Assembly (NCBI GenBank): GCA_038247415.1
Contig: JBBRUX010000017.1
Coordinates: 1 to 64,000 of the forward strand
Source: Chitinivibrionales bacterium
GTDB taxonomy: Bacteria > Fibrobacterota > Chitinivibrionia > Chitinivibrionales > WJKA01
Direction: 5' to 3'
DNA length: 64,000 nucleotides
Numbering within the stretch: position 1 is the stretch's first letter; the number at the start of each line of letters is the position of its first letter. A program made the translations under genes and the position numbers. The notes under the pieces are model-generated. The model was not told where the DNA came from and did no database searches. It was given only the letters and a program-made list of their open reading frames with translations. Shown here in pieces: positions 38,216 through 49,241 of the stretch.

Positions 38216-40854
38216 TTGATTTCGGGTATCTTTTTGATATTGACAAGAAAGTTATAGCCGGGGTTAAATCCCGATGGACGCCAATTAAAGCGCAAATCCC
38301 AACATTCGAGATCGCAATAGAAATCTATCGAATGCCCAACAAGTTGATTGGTGGTAAAGTTATAATAGCTGTTCCAGGAAGCTGTCCAGTTACGCGCAAA
38401 ACTTATGTTTGCCGATGTAGAGAGTTGATAATTCTGGGTTGTAATAAAAGGGGCGGTTCTGCTTGTTCGGGATTGCGAAAAACTATACGATGGCCGGAGT
38501 GAAAGCTGCCATGTCTGTTTCCCTGCTTTTGCATAGCGCAGTGGATCGGATTCACCTTTAAAACCAGAATACGTAAGAAGGTCTCCGTCCCAAAGGTTTC
38601 CGGTTGCGTTCATATTGATTTGCGGATTAAGATTTACGCTGTAGTAATTTAGCCCAGGAATATCAAATACTTCGTTTGTTTTGTCGGCGTAAACCCAGAA
38701 CGCAGAACTAACGCTTATTGCAAGGAATTGATTTGCTGTAGAACCACTCAGGCTCAGGTCAGAAAATCCTTTGCGTCCTTTTTCTACATCGCACGAGATG
38801 CCAGCCGAGGCATCGAGTATATGAAATTTGCTCTCAACAGGTTTTATGGAATCTCCCTTGGTAAGCATTTTTCCATCGAAACTATTATTGAGCGAAAAAG
38901 ACACAACCTGGGATTGTTTGAGTTGCCCAAATGTGGAAATGCCAACATCAAAAAATCTTTTGTCAAGATTTGCAGTACTCATTGGAGTAAAGGTGTAGTT
39001 GATAGATGGAGATAATGTGTGTCGCAGTCCAACAAAATTTAAAATGTGCACAGGCCAGATTCCATACAGCGTTGTTGCCATGGAGAATCCGCCATTCCAG
39101 GTTGCATCCGCTGCGCCAGAGTTATGGCTGGCGTAGATTTTGGTCGAATCTTTTTTAATCGAATCGTTATTGGCCACCACGAAAAAGGTATCGATAAATC
39201 CATTACGGTTTATTTGGGTAAAGGTATCGCGGATGCTGTATTGTTTAAGGCCGGTGTCTGAAATTGCAGATTGTGCAAGCGTATCAATGAGTGTGTCATT
39301 GGCAATGAGGAAATTTGAGGCGAGGGTATCCTTGTAAGCATCGACCCCATACATTCTAATGTTAATATTTGGGCTTATAGAAATATATTTGAAGAGCTTG
39401 GCATTATAGGAAAGCGATGCGTTTTGCTGCATTCCTGCATGTGTCCATTCGACCTCGTTAATCGCAAGCGCTTTTGGGCGTTTAATATGTCGAACAATCC
39501 CATTGACATTGTAATTGTAATACACTTTTTCGTACCATGCAGGCTCTCCGGTGTCTGGATCCACAGATTGATCTCTATTTGACTGACGCGAATAAAGTGG
39601 CCGTGAGGGCAAACTAAAGGAGATTGACGGCAGGTCGTCGGTTATGTCGTTTGTGGTTAAGTTGTGTGTTCGGTTGGCGGTGGCAGAGATACTGGAGTTG
39701 ATTTTGTCGAGCCGTTTTGAAAGACTCATATTTGCTGAAACTTGTTGATTGAGGAGATCTTCGGAACGATCCGAATTTTTAAGATAGAATTGCTGGCTAC
39801 TCACAAGCGTGCCTCTTCCGCTTAACATAAACGAACGATCCGGGAGGAGGGTTTGGGTATGATTGTAATCCAGGGCGTAGAGTTGGGTCTGCCTGCTAAA
39901 ATCACCGGCAAAGGAATAGCGCGCAGAAATACTACCCGAAAGCCAATAGCGGAGCGCATAATTTGAAGACGCCGACATCATATAATCTTTAAATTCTGCA
40001 ATACGCGAAGACACTCTAAAGTCGAGATAATCGTTGATTGCCCAATAATAGCCAATATTTTCGAGGTAGCCGCCTGCTTGGGGCTGGCCACCAAAGCTTG
40101 GGGTGAGCCATCCACTCGTGCGTTTTCGATCCAGCGGGAGGATAAAAAATGGAACAGTCGCAATGGGAACGCCGCCAATGTTAAAAACTGCAGGGCGGGC
40201 AATTGCTTTATCGGAAGGAAGAACTTTTATATCTTTGGCATAAAAATAATAGTGCGGATCGTTCGGGTACGCGCAGGTAGTATAGTCTCCATCAACACAG
40301 TAAAAATTGTTGTCGGGAGATTTGATAATGGCAGCGGCATTAAGGTACGCATCATCCATGCGGGTAGTCGAATATTTGAGCACGCCTCGTTTTGTATTAA
40401 TATTGTAAACCATGAATTCGCCAACGGTCGTATCGGATCCTTCGATAAGTTGTGGTGAACCCACAGCAGTAAACTGATCGTTGTCTATTGTGTAGGTGAT
40501 AGTGTCGGCGATAAGGGTCATATTTTGATATTGAACGTGGGCATTTCCTTTAAGATAGAGAATCTTTTCGTTTACCAAATAATCGATTTCGTCGGCTTGG
40601 TATTGGACACTATCGCTCTCTTTGTTCTTGCTTGCTTGTGTGGTATCGCCAAGAATGGGGCTATCGGATTGCGCTGTTTTTAGGATCGCGCCTTTTTTTA
40701 GCGGCTTAGCGAAGGACTTCGATGAACTATCCAATGCGAGTGATGTCTGGGCTCCATAGAGTAGAGAAGCGCTCAAAATGAGGAGAAGTCCAAGCGTGCT
40801 CTTAAGGGAAATGGGGGAGTGCGGTAAGAAGTTCTTTGAAAGTGTGATATGCAT
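38197..40854 (-). CDS. lptD: LPS assembly protein LptD-like
   Basis: OstA-like N-domain, YTTC..PHYY, SGWLTPSFG, and a C-terminal barrel DLECW..RFNW. Confidence 0.82.
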   Translation of the reverse strand: MHITLSKNFLPHSPISLKSTLGLLLILSASLLYGAQTSLALDSSSKSFAKPLKKGAILKTAQSDSPILGDTTQASKNKESDSVQYQADEIDYLVNEKILYLKGNAHVQYQNMTLIADTITYTIDNDQFTAVGSPQLIEGSDTTVGEFMVYNINTKRGVLKYSTTRMDDAYLNAAAIIKSPDNNFYCVDGDYTTCAYPNDPHYYFYAKDIKVLPSDKAIARPAVFNIGGVPIATVPFFILPLDRKRTSGWLTPSFGGQPQAGGYLENIGYYWAINDYLDFRVSSRIAEFKDYMMSASSNYALRYWLSGSISARYSFAGDFSRQTQLYALDYNHTQTLLPDRSFMLSGRGTLVSSQQFYLKNSDRSEDLLNQQVSANMSLSKRLDKINSSISATANRTHNLTTNDITDDLPSISFSLPSRPLYSRQSNRDQSVDPDTGEPAWYEKVYYNYNVNGIVRHIKRPKALAINEVEWTHAGMQQNASLSYNAKLFKYISISPNINIRMYGVDAYKDTLASNFLIANDTLIDTLAQSAISDTGLKQYSIRDTFTQINRNGFIDTFFVVANNDSIKKDSTKIYASHNSGAADATWNGGFSMATTLYGIWPVHILNFVGLRHTLSPSINYTFTPMSTANLDKRFFDVGISTFGQLKQSQVVSFSLNNSFDGKMLTKGDSIKPVESKFHILDASAGISCDVEKGRKGFSDLSLSGSTANQFLAISVSSAFWVYADKTNEVFDIPGLNYYSVNLNPQINMNATGNLWDGDLLTYSGFKGESDPLRYAKAGKQTWQLSLRPSYSFSQSRTSRTAPFITTQNYQLSTSANISFARNWTASWNSYYNFTTNQLVGHSIDFYCDLECWDLRFNWRPSGFNPGYNFLVNIKKIPEIKWERKP

Positions 40855-41077
40855 ATCTATTTAAAATAAGACGTTACAATTCTGGATGGGGGCTTAAAAT
40901 GCGCGGTTTAAAACCAAGTAAAATTACATTCTACCTAGACTCTATACAATATATTGGTAGGCTGGTCAAATCCTCTTTGAGCTGTGTTTTTTGCATTGAG
41001 TGTCACAATTAATCATTTTAAACCACCATCGAGTTTTGGTGGCAAGAATATATACATTATATGTAGCGGAGATTATT

Positions 41078-41683
41078 ATGGGAGCAGTTCCAATTATTCG
41101 TGCCTTGGTGAGTGTATCCGATAAGAGCGGAATTGTTGATTTTGCTCGGGCATTGTCGGGATGTGGTATCGAAATTCTATCAACAGGCGGAACATCAAAG
41201 CTCTTAATCGATAATAGCATTCCAGTGCGGTCCGTAGATTCGTATACAGGGTTTCCTGAAATTATGGATGGCCGTGTAAAGACGCTTCATCCTAAAGTGC
41301 ACGGAGGAATCCTGGCAATCCGTGACAAGGATACTCATGTTCAGCAGATGGTTGCAAATAATATTGAGCCTATAGATCTTGTCATTATTAATTTATATCC
41401 TTTTAAAGAGACAATTAGTCGACCCGATGTAACTATCGAAGAGGCTATCGAAAATATTGATATTGGTGGGCCAGCCATGATTCGAAGCGCTGCTAAAAAC
41501 AATGCATTCGTAACCGTTGTGGTCGATGCGCTCGATTATCCTGGAATCCTTGGCGAACTTAAAGATTCCCGAATGGTTTCTGAAGCGACACGCAAAAGGC
41601 TTGCGGCAAAGGCATTTGCTCATACCGCGGCTTACGATACCATGATAGCAGGATACCTATCCGAAAAATTTATGGGTGCATAA
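41078..41683 (+). CDS. purH: IMP cyclohydrolase (N-terminal half of PurH only)
   Basis: Motifs [27 protein letters not shown] and ENIDIGGP. Stops after [10 protein letters not shown] at 201 aa. Confidence 0.85.
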   Translation: MGAVPIIRALVSVSDKSGIVDFARALSGCGIEILSTGGTSKLLIDNSIPVRSVDSYTGFPEIMDGRVKTLHPKVHGGILAIRDKDTHVQQMVANNIEPIDLVIINLYPFKETISRPDVTIEEAIENIDIGGPAMIRSAAKNNAFVTVVVDALDYPGILGELKDSRMVSEATRKRLAAKAFAHTAAYDTMIAGYLSEKFMGA

Positions 41684-41777
41684 GCAATTCTTTTTCTTGA
41701 TGATGGCTTTGAACAGTGTTACTATAACTCGGTATACAGCGATATGATGATTTTTTAAACGAAGGCAAGCAGACATT

Positions 41778-44036
41778 ATGGCTAAAAATCTTGTGATTGT
41801 GGAGTCTCCGGCAAAATGTCGGACAATTTCTAAATATCTGGGATCCAATTATACCGTTAAAGCAACCATGGGACATATCATCGATCTCCCCGAAAAGGAA
41901 CTCGGTGTCGATCTCGAAAATGACTTTAAGCCCAAATATACTGTATCAAAAGGAAAGCGTCGTGTTGTCGCATCTCTCAAAGAAGAGGCGGCCAAAGCCG
42001 ATATGGTCTATCTGGCACCCGACCCTGACCGCGAAGGAGAAGCAATTGCCTGGCATGTTGCAGAAACAATTTCAAAAGTAAACAGCAATATCAAAAGGGT
42101 TTACTTTAACGAAATCACAAAAAAAGCTGTTTTAGCAGCGCTTGAGAATCCTGGCGAATTGGAAATGAACAAGGTTAATGCTCAGCAGGCGCGCCGTATT
42201 CTCGATCGTATCGTGGGTTATCAGGTTTCTCCGTTCTTGTGGAGAACCGTGTTTCGAGGACTTTCTGCCGGTCGTGTCCAGAGTGTCGCGCTTCGTCTTA
42301 TTTGCGAACGCGATGATGCAATTCATGCATTTAAGCAAGAAGAGTACTGGACTATCGAGGCGATGCTTGCCAACAAGGGTATCAACTTTCGTGCGAACCT
42401 TGTGCAAATCGATGGCAAGAAAGCAGAAATTCCTAATCAAGATCGGGCCACAGCGCTGCTCGATCGTCTTGCAGGTGCAACGTATACTGTCAAGGATGTG
42501 CAAAAGACAGAAAAAGAGCGTAAACCGTATGCTCCGTTTATCACCAGTACATTGCAGCAAGAATCGGTTAAAAAATTAGGTTTTTCAGCAGCTAAAACAA
42601 TGATGGTTGCACAGCAGCTGTACGAAGGTCTTGAGCTTGGTGAGCTTGGTACTACAGGTCTAATTACCTATATGCGTACCGACTCTACCCGCATCTCCGA
42701 CGAAGCGCTTGTAGCGGCACGGGCTCTTGTGATCGAACAATATTCCGAGCTTCATTTGCCCGAAAAACCTCGCATCTATAGCAAAAGCAAAAATGCACAA
42801 GATGCTCATGAAGCAATTCGCCCCGCTCAGGTAACAGCCGAGTTTTCTCCTGCACGCGTCAAGAAATATCTGACCATAGATCAATTTAAACTCTATGATC
42901 TTATCTGGAAACGTTTTCTCGCTTCACAAATGGCAAATGCTGTGTTTAACATGACACGTATTGATATGGATGCGAATGGGTGTACGTTTCGTGCTAATGG
43001 CCAGATCATGAAATTTGATGGCTTTTTGGCACTCTACGATGAAACAGTAGAAGAAAAACCCGAAAGTGATGACGAATCGGATAACCGTTTGCCAGATATC
43101 GATAATGGTGTAGTGTGCGATTTTAAAAAGCTCGAAGATAAACAGCATTTTACCCAGCCTCCACCGCGCTACACCGAAGCCTCTCTTGTTAAGGAACTCG
43201 AGGATAAGGGCATCGGACGTCCAAGCACCTATGCGCAAATTATTGATACGCTTAAGAATCGCAAGTATGTAACCGTAGAAAATAAACGGTTTTTTCCTAC
43301 CGAAGTCGGTATTATGGTTAAAACTATCCTTGTTCAGGAATTTCCCGATATCTTTGATGTTGGATTTACTGCTGCAATGGAACTTAATCTCGATAAGGTT
43401 GAAGCTGGTGAAGCTGATTGGGTGAAAACGCTGCGCGATTTCTTTGAGCCGTTCCAAAAAGGCATGGAAAAAGCCAAAGATCATATTGCCGATTTGCGGG
43501 CCCAAAATCAGGAAGTAACCGATCGTGAATGTCCCGAATGCAAAAAGTTCCCACTTGTTGTCAAGTGGAGTCGTAACGGTAAATTTTATGCGTGTCAAGG
43601 GTTTCCAGCATGCCGTTATACCGAACCACTCGAAAAAGCAAAGCCAGCGGCAAGTAATGAAGTATGCGATAAGTGCGGGGCTCCCATGGTAGTTCTTGAG
43701 ATGCGGGGTAACCGGTTTTTAGGATGCTCACGGTATCCAGAATGTCGCAGCACCCGTTCGTTCTCAACCGGAGTAGCCTGCCCAACGCCAGACTGCAAAG
43801 GTTCTCTTATTGAACGGCGCACAAAACGTAATAAAACCTTTTTTGGCTGTAGTTCGTATCCTGGCTGTACCTTTGCAACATGGGATAAACCAATTCCTCA
43901 AAAATGTGATGCGTGTAATTACCCATTGCTTATTGAAAAGGATACAAAGCGCAAAGGTATCTATCGGATGTGTCCGCAGTGCAAGGCAGAATATCCTGTG
44001 CCTGTCGTGGGTGTACAGGATCCCGCTGTTGTGTAG
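41778..44036 (+). CDS. topA: DNA topoisomerase I
   Basis: Motifs IVESPAK, DPDREGE, SAGRVQS and ITYMRTDS, with C-terminal Zn ribbons. Confidence 0.98.
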   Translation: MAKNLVIVESPAKCRTISKYLGSNYTVKATMGHIIDLPEKELGVDLENDFKPKYTVSKGKRRVVASLKEEAAKADMVYLAPDPDREGEAIAWHVAETISKVNSNIKRVYFNEITKKAVLAALENPGELEMNKVNAQQARRILDRIVGYQVSPFLWRTVFRGLSAGRVQSVALRLICERDDAIHAFKQEEYWTIEAMLANKGINFRANLVQIDGKKAEIPNQDRATALLDRLAGATYTVKDVQKTEKERKPYAPFITSTLQQESVKKLGFSAAKTMMVAQQLYEGLELGELGTTGLITYMRTDSTRISDEALVAARALVIEQYSELHLPEKPRIYSKSKNAQDAHEAIRPAQVTAEFSPARVKKYLTIDQFKLYDLIWKRFLASQMANAVFNMTRIDMDANGCTFRANGQIMKFDGFLALYDETVEEKPESDDESDNRLPDIDNGVVCDFKKLEDKQHFTQPPPRYTEASLVKELEDKGIGRPSTYAQIIDTLKNRKYVTVENKRFFPTEVGIMVKTILVQEFPDIFDVGFTAAMELNLDKVEAGEADWVKTLRDFFEPFQKGMEKAKDHIADLRAQNQEVTDRECPECKKFPLVVKWSRNGKFYACQGFPACRYTEPLEKAKPAASNEVCDKCGAPMVVLEMRGNRFLGCSRYPECRSTRSFSTGVACPTPDCKGSLIERRTKRNKTFFGCSSYPGCTFATWDKPIPQKCDACNYPLLIEKDTKRKGIYRMCPQCKAEYPVPVVGVQDPAVV

Positions 44037-44048
44037 CTTGTATACAGC

Positions 44049-45392
44049 ATGAGCACGAAGGCTCACTCGGTTGCAATTGTTGGCGCAGGTCTCGCTGGCA
44101 GTGAGGCAGCGCTTGTGCTCGCTTTCTCAGGCATTCCTGTATCTATTTACGAAATGCGACCAGATCGAATGACCCCTGCACACCAGACTGCACATGCTGC
44201 AGAGCTGGTGTGCTCAAATTCGCTTAAAACAGATAAACTCCCCTCAGCACATGGGCTTTTAAAAGCAGAATTGCAGCGTTTGAATTCGCCGCTTCTTGCC
44301 ATGGCATTGGCACAACGAATCCCCGCCGGTGCTGCCCTGGCCGTTGATCGCGACTGCTTTGGCGCTACGGTGACCCAGGCCTTAATGGCTACAGCAGGGA
44401 TAGCGTTTCATCGTCAAGAGATTACAACGTGTAACGATATTCCACTCCCTGCCATACTTGCTTCTGGACCACTCACCTCCGATGCATTGGCCGATTCTCT
44501 TATGCAGTTTTGTGGCACACAGCATCTTCATTTTTACGATGCTATTGCGCCCATTATTAGCGCCGATTCGGTTGATATGAATATCGCCTTTAGTGCAAGT
44601 CGATGGGAAAAAGGCGAACCCGATTATATCAATTGTCCATTTACAAAAGATGAGTATGAACGTTTTTTTACTGCGCTTACCACGGCAGATAAAACCCACC
44701 GCCGCCCGTTCGAAGATGAACGCTATTTTGAGGCGTGTTTGCCGGTTGAAGAAATTGCCGCGAGGGGAGAAAAATCTTTGGCATTTGGCCCTATGCGCCC
44801 GGTTGGGCTTATTGATCCGCGTACGGGCAGAAGACCATACGCAGTGTGTCAATTGCGACGCGAGACTGCCAATGGTGAAAGTTATAATCTGGTGGGTTTT
44901 CAAACGCGCTTGGCCTGGAAAGATCAGCAAGAAGTATTTCGTCTTATTCCAGGTTTGGCTGCGGCTGATTTTGAACGGTTCGGTTCAATTCATCGCAATA
45001 CCTATATAGATTCCCCACGTTTGCTTTCACCCTTGCTCGAATTTAAAAATGTGCCCGGCATGAGAATCGCGGGGCAGCTCTGTGGCAACGAGGGATATAC
45101 CGAATCGATTGCAACGGGCCACCTTGCCGCACTCTTTACTCTTGCTTCACTGAAAGGTGTTGAAATACCCCCTCCTCCCGTGCAATCCGCGCTTGGAGCT
45201 CTTTTAGCACACGTTACACAATCTGCTACGGAACCATTTGCACCATCGGGTGTCAATTTTAGTTTGTTTCCATCGCTTGATATTCCTACAAAACCCAAAA
45301 TGTCAAAAGAGAATAAAAAGCAGCTTTATTGCACACGAGCGCTAGAGCAGCTCGAGCTCTGGATTCAGAACATTCAACAGATCTGCGGGTAA
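44049..45392 (+). CDS. trmFO: tRNA m5U54 methyltransferase TrmFO
   Basis: Motifs GAGLAGSEAA, ELVCSNS, FEACLPVE, HRNTY and EGYTES. Confidence 0.95.
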   Translation: MSTKAHSVAIVGAGLAGSEAALVLAFSGIPVSIYEMRPDRMTPAHQTAHAAELVCSNSLKTDKLPSAHGLLKAELQRLNSPLLAMALAQRIPAGAALAVDRDCFGATVTQALMATAGIAFHRQEITTCNDIPLPAILASGPLTSDALADSLMQFCGTQHLHFYDAIAPIISADSVDMNIAFSASRWEKGEPDYINCPFTKDEYERFFTALTTADKTHRRPFEDERYFEACLPVEEIAARGEKSLAFGPMRPVGLIDPRTGRRPYAVCQLRRETANGESYNLVGFQTRLAWKDQQEVFRLIPGLAAADFERFGSIHRNTYIDSPRLLSPLLEFKNVPGMRIAGQLCGNEGYTESIATGHLAALFTLASLKGVEIPPPPVQSALGALLAHVTQSATEPFAPSGVNFSLFPSLDIPTKPKMSKENKKQLYCTRALEQLELWIQNIQQICG

Positions 45393-45478
45393 TGCGGTTA
45401 TATTTACCGTAGCACAGAGCCCCAAATGCTATTTTTAAGCCCACAATTACGATTAAGCTACTCTTTTAAAGGAAATTT

Positions 45479-46468
45479 ATGATAGCGGTAGGACTTCTTT
45501 CTGGCGGGCTCGATAGCACTATGGCCGCAAAAATGATGATAGATCAGGGTTTTACAGTGCATGCAGTCAATTTTGTTTCGCCGTTTTGCACCTGTACACC
45601 AAAAAGCGCTGGTTGTTCTGCCGTGGTTACTGCTGTAAAACAATTAGGGGGCATTCATTTAGAACGCATTGTTTTGGGTGATGAATACCTCGAAATGGTC
45701 AAGGCGCCTAAGCATGGGCACGGGCGTGGTCTTAACCCTTGTATCGATTGTCGCATTATGAAATTGCGGCGAGCAGGGGAGTATATGAAATCTGTTGGAG
45801 GAGAATTTCTCTTTACCGGTGAAGTTCTTGGTCAACGTCCAATGTCTCAGCATCGTAGGGCATTAGAAATCATCGAAGATGAGTCGGGCTTTAAAGGCTA
45901 CGTGCTCCGTCCTCTTTCTGCACAATTTCTTGAACCTACTCTTCCCGAACTAAAAGGAATTGTTGATAGAAATAAGCTCTTAGATATAGCGGGTCGTTCA
46001 CGTAAAGTTCAGCTTTCATATGCTGTTGAAAATGATATTACCGAATATCAATGTGCAGGGGGAGGTTGTTTACTCACCGATAGCACTTTTGCAGGTAGGC
46101 TTAAAGAGTATCTTGCAATTACAGAAAAACCTTCTCGCAATGATATGCCTCTATTGCGTATAGGACGGCATATTGCTCTAGATAATGGAGAAAAGGCTGT
46201 TGTCGCCCGCACCGAAGAAGAAGGCGAAAAACTGATCCGTATTTTTTCCAATAAAGGGACACTCCTGCTCCCTCTCGAATTTTCTGGGCCTATTGTCTAC
46301 CTTACGGGCTCAGATATACAAAGAGGAATTCAACTCCTAGTGAGCTATACCAACAGAGATATTCCCGACAATGCGCGAATATTGGTTAAAGATGGATTAA
46401 AAGAATATGAGGTTGCTCGCGCCCAGTGGCCAGAGCCTTCGGTGCGACCAGCTCCTGTTGAAAGTTGA
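45479..46468 (+). CDS. ThiI-like PP-loop tRNA sulfurtransferase
   Basis: Motifs SGGLDS, PCIDCR, GEVLGQRPMSQ and GGGCLLTD. Confidence 0.8.
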   Translation: MIAVGLLSGGLDSTMAAKMMIDQGFTVHAVNFVSPFCTCTPKSAGCSAVVTAVKQLGGIHLERIVLGDEYLEMVKAPKHGHGRGLNPCIDCRIMKLRRAGEYMKSVGGEFLFTGEVLGQRPMSQHRRALEIIEDESGFKGYVLRPLSAQFLEPTLPELKGIVDRNKLLDIAGRSRKVQLSYAVENDITEYQCAGGGCLLTDSTFAGRLKEYLAITEKPSRNDMPLLRIGRHIALDNGEKAVVARTEEEGEKLIRIFSNKGTLLLPLEFSGPIVYLTGSDIQRGIQLLVSYTNRDIPDNARILVKDGLKEYEVARAQWPEPSVRPAPVES

Positions 46469-46550
46469 TTTTATGAGATCCTCCTTGGTTTTTCAATGAG
46501 GATTATAGTTTTAGCAGGCGATATACATGTGTTTATGGTAAGGGTGTATA

Positions 46551-48575
46551 ATGATGTTTATGAATATCAGAACAAGCTTAAGCGCTTTAATAGTTTTTCT
46601 GTGTATACAAACTGCCTCTCTAGGAATCAATCTACCAACCGATTGCATGACAAGCGTTAAAGATGCAAAGTATGGCGCTCAAGGTGATGGCAAAACCGAT
46701 GACACGAAGGCGCTTATCGCAGCCTTTTGTGATGGTCGCAGCAAAGCAGATGCTGCATCAAAGCCAGATTTTTATTCACCCTACCCTAAGTCTATCTATC
46801 TGCCTGCTGGAACATATCTGGTAAGTGATTCTTTATCCTGGATTGGATGTGCAATGACGTTCCAGGGAGCAGGCGTGGGATCAACGGTAATCAAGCTTGT
46901 TGACTATTGTGCTAAATTTGCTAATTCCGCTCAACCGAAAGCGGTATTTGTTTCCCCCAATGGAAATTATTCGTTTCGTCAAAATTTTTATGATCTCACG
47001 ATACATACCGGAATCGGAAACTCAGGAGCAATAGGCTTAGATTATATTGCAAATAATGTAGGATCTGTCAATAATGTTACCATTGTTTCTGGCGACAGGA
47101 AAGGTGTAGCAGGAATTGACATGAGTCGGTCGTGGCCTGGGCCGTGCCTTATTCGTAATGTCAAAATTACAGGCTTCGATTATGGCATTCGCGTTGGCTG
47201 TACCGAGTATGGTCCAACATTTGAATCGATCGAATGTGTTAACCAAAATACGGCTGGTTTTTTTAACAATGGCAATATTTGTTCAATTCATGGGTTTAAA
47301 AGCACCAATGCTGTTCCTGCTATTCTCAATAAAGTAGGACATGTTATTGTTATCGATGCATCATGTACGGGTGGAGGGGCCACTGCTGCTGCTATTGACA
47401 ATGGTGGGAATCTTTACGCGCGCAATGTTTCGACATCAGGCTATCAGTCTGCATTACGTACGAAAAAGGTAATGACTCCTCAAACGAGCATTCAGGAATT
47501 TATTTCAGATACCGTGGTATCGCTTTTCCCATCTCCAAAACGTTCTCTCGGTTTGCCAATCCTTGCAATCCCGCCCACGGTTGATGATCCTGTTTCTAAG
47601 TGGGGAAAGATTGTTATGCCAGGGTACTATGGAGATTCGCATACTTGGCAGGATACGTTTAATTCGGGAAAGTCGACAATCTATTTCCCTGCAGGAATTT
47701 TTCTGTGCAGCCTTTCGATTACTGTCCCCGCAACCGTTAAAAGAATTATTGGCTTTAATTCGCAAATGAACCGGTATAACGAGTCATCTCCCATTGCATT
47801 GAATCTTAAAGTAAGTTCATCAAGTACCGAACCGCTTATCATAGAGCGCTTTAATGGCGGGTTGTCAATAGAGCATACGAGTAACCGCACTATTGTTGTG
47901 TCAAATTCCGATGTCACGTATAAGGCAAAAGCAGGGGCGGGTAATGTTTTCTTCAATGATGTTGGGGGCGATAGTTTTGTGTTTTATCCCAATCAGAATA
48001 TTTATGCCCGGCAACTTAATTCAGAAGGCGATAACGTCCATATTGTAAATAAAGGGGCAAATCTTTGGATCCTTGGTATTAAGACCGAAGGCAAGGGAAT
48101 GGTAGTTCAGACAACTAACAAGGGGTGTACCGAAGTTCTTGGAACCCTTTTGTATCCGGTCAAGACATTTACGGCAGCAGATGCCCCTGCATTCGAATGC
48201 ATTGATGCTAATATGTCGCTTATTTATAGATTGGCAACGTATATTAATAATGGTATATACCCTAAACAAATCATAGAAACTCGCGCAGGCCTCACTAAAA
48301 CGTTTTCTTCAAATCCAAATATGTTTTATGAAATGGGACTCTTTTCAGGATTTGATAGCACAAAAATGAGTATCACGCCAGGAGTGCCAAAATCTTTGCC
48401 GTTTGTGCGTATACAACGCACTTCTTTGATGCCGGTTATGGCACCATCGATCATCAGTAAAGATGAGCGGTATCTGGTTAGTGGGCGTAAAGTAGTATCT
48501 GTCCGAAAGGGTGTTGTATCTGTAAAGCAGAAGGCTTCAAGTGGTATGTATGTTATGCCACAAGAGAAAAAATAA
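46551..48575 (+). CDS. Secreted GH55/pectate-lyase-3-like beta-helix protein (paralog of 35038-37149)
   Basis: Signal peptide; YGAQGDGKTDDT, IYLPAGTY, ARQLNSE and NLWILGIKTEG. Confidence 0.8.
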   Translation: MMFMNIRTSLSALIVFLCIQTASLGINLPTDCMTSVKDAKYGAQGDGKTDDTKALIAAFCDGRSKADAASKPDFYSPYPKSIYLPAGTYLVSDSLSWIGCAMTFQGAGVGSTVIKLVDYCAKFANSAQPKAVFVSPNGNYSFRQNFYDLTIHTGIGNSGAIGLDYIANNVGSVNNVTIVSGDRKGVAGIDMSRSWPGPCLIRNVKITGFDYGIRVGCTEYGPTFESIECVNQNTAGFFNNGNICSIHGFKSTNAVPAILNKVGHVIVIDASCTGGGATAAAIDNGGNLYARNVSTSGYQSALRTKKVMTPQTSIQEFISDTVVSLFPSPKRSLGLPILAIPPTVDDPVSKWGKIVMPGYYGDSHTWQDTFNSGKSTIYFPAGIFLCSLSITVPATVKRIIGFNSQMNRYNESSPIALNLKVSSSSTEPLIIERFNGGLSIEHTSNRTIVVSNSDVTYKAKAGAGNVFFNDVGGDSFVFYPNQNIYARQLNSEGDNVHIVNKGANLWILGIKTEGKGMVVQTTNKGCTEVLGTLLYPVKTFTAADAPAFECIDANMSLIYRLATYINNGIYPKQIIETRAGLTKTFSSNPNMFYEMGLFSGFDSTKMSITPGVPKSLPFVRIQRTSLMPVMAPSIISKDERYLVSGRKVVSVRKGVVSVKQKASSGMYVMPQEKK

Positions 48576-48590
48576 ATATTAGTGCAGATG

Positions 48591-49205
48591 CTAGGGCTTG
48601 GGAGAGGATACTTCCGCTTTCACGACCAAGGTACGCATAGAGAGCAAGTGCCCCGATTTGATTCTGCAGGTATAGGTACCGCCCGGCACCATCTTTCCGT
48701 TATTATCCTGTGCGTTCCACAAAAAAGTTCTCATTCCGCTGGCTCTGGTTCTATCGATAGCGGTTTTTACGAGCTTGTCGCGATCGTTGTAGATATTTAT
48801 TTCTACAATATCGTGAATGGGAAACATGTACTTGATAGTTAAATTACCTTTAGAGCTATCTGCTTCGGTAGAAAGGTTATACAATGCTACATTGACAAAT
48901 AAATTAGTAGTTCCAACCTCGCTTTGCGACGCAAGAATGGCTTTTTTCATCTGTCGCAGATAGTGTGAGGCATCTATCTTTAAAAAATAGGTGCCCGGAG
49001 AAAGTGTATCTGTTTTGTAAATGCCCAAGTCGTTGGTGACTACAGTAACCCCTTTTTCCATAATGCGGACATTGGCTCCTTGGATAGGAACACCGGTAAT
49101 AGCATCGGTGATGGTTCCTGAAATGGTTTGTGCCGAAACTACGCAGGGTAGCGCGACCATAGCAAGTGTTATCGAAATGTGTTTTGCAAAACTAGCGTGT
49201 TTCAT
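48591..49205 (-). CDS. Secreted carboxypeptidase-regulatory-like domain + FlgD-Ig protein
   Basis: ISGTITDAITGVPIQGANV and WNAQDNNGKMVPGGTY. Confidence 0.8.
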   Translation of the reverse strand: MKHASFAKHISITLAMVALPCVVSAQTISGTITDAITGVPIQGANVRIMEKGVTVVTNDLGIYKTDTLSPGTYFLKIDASHYLRQMKKAILASQSEVGTTNLFVNVALYNLSTEADSSKGNLTIKYMFPIHDIVEINIYNDRDKLVKTAIDRTRASGMRTFLWNAQDNNGKMVPGGTYTCRIKSGHLLSMRTLVVKAEVSSPKP

Positions 49206-49241
49206 GTTGTTTCCTTTGTCTGTCGTAGCAGTGCGTGCAGC

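Noticed and set aside
40855..41077. ZTP riboswitch upstream of purH
   Set aside because: The region is AT-rich and lacks the conserved ZTP aptamer sequences; only short hairpins are present.
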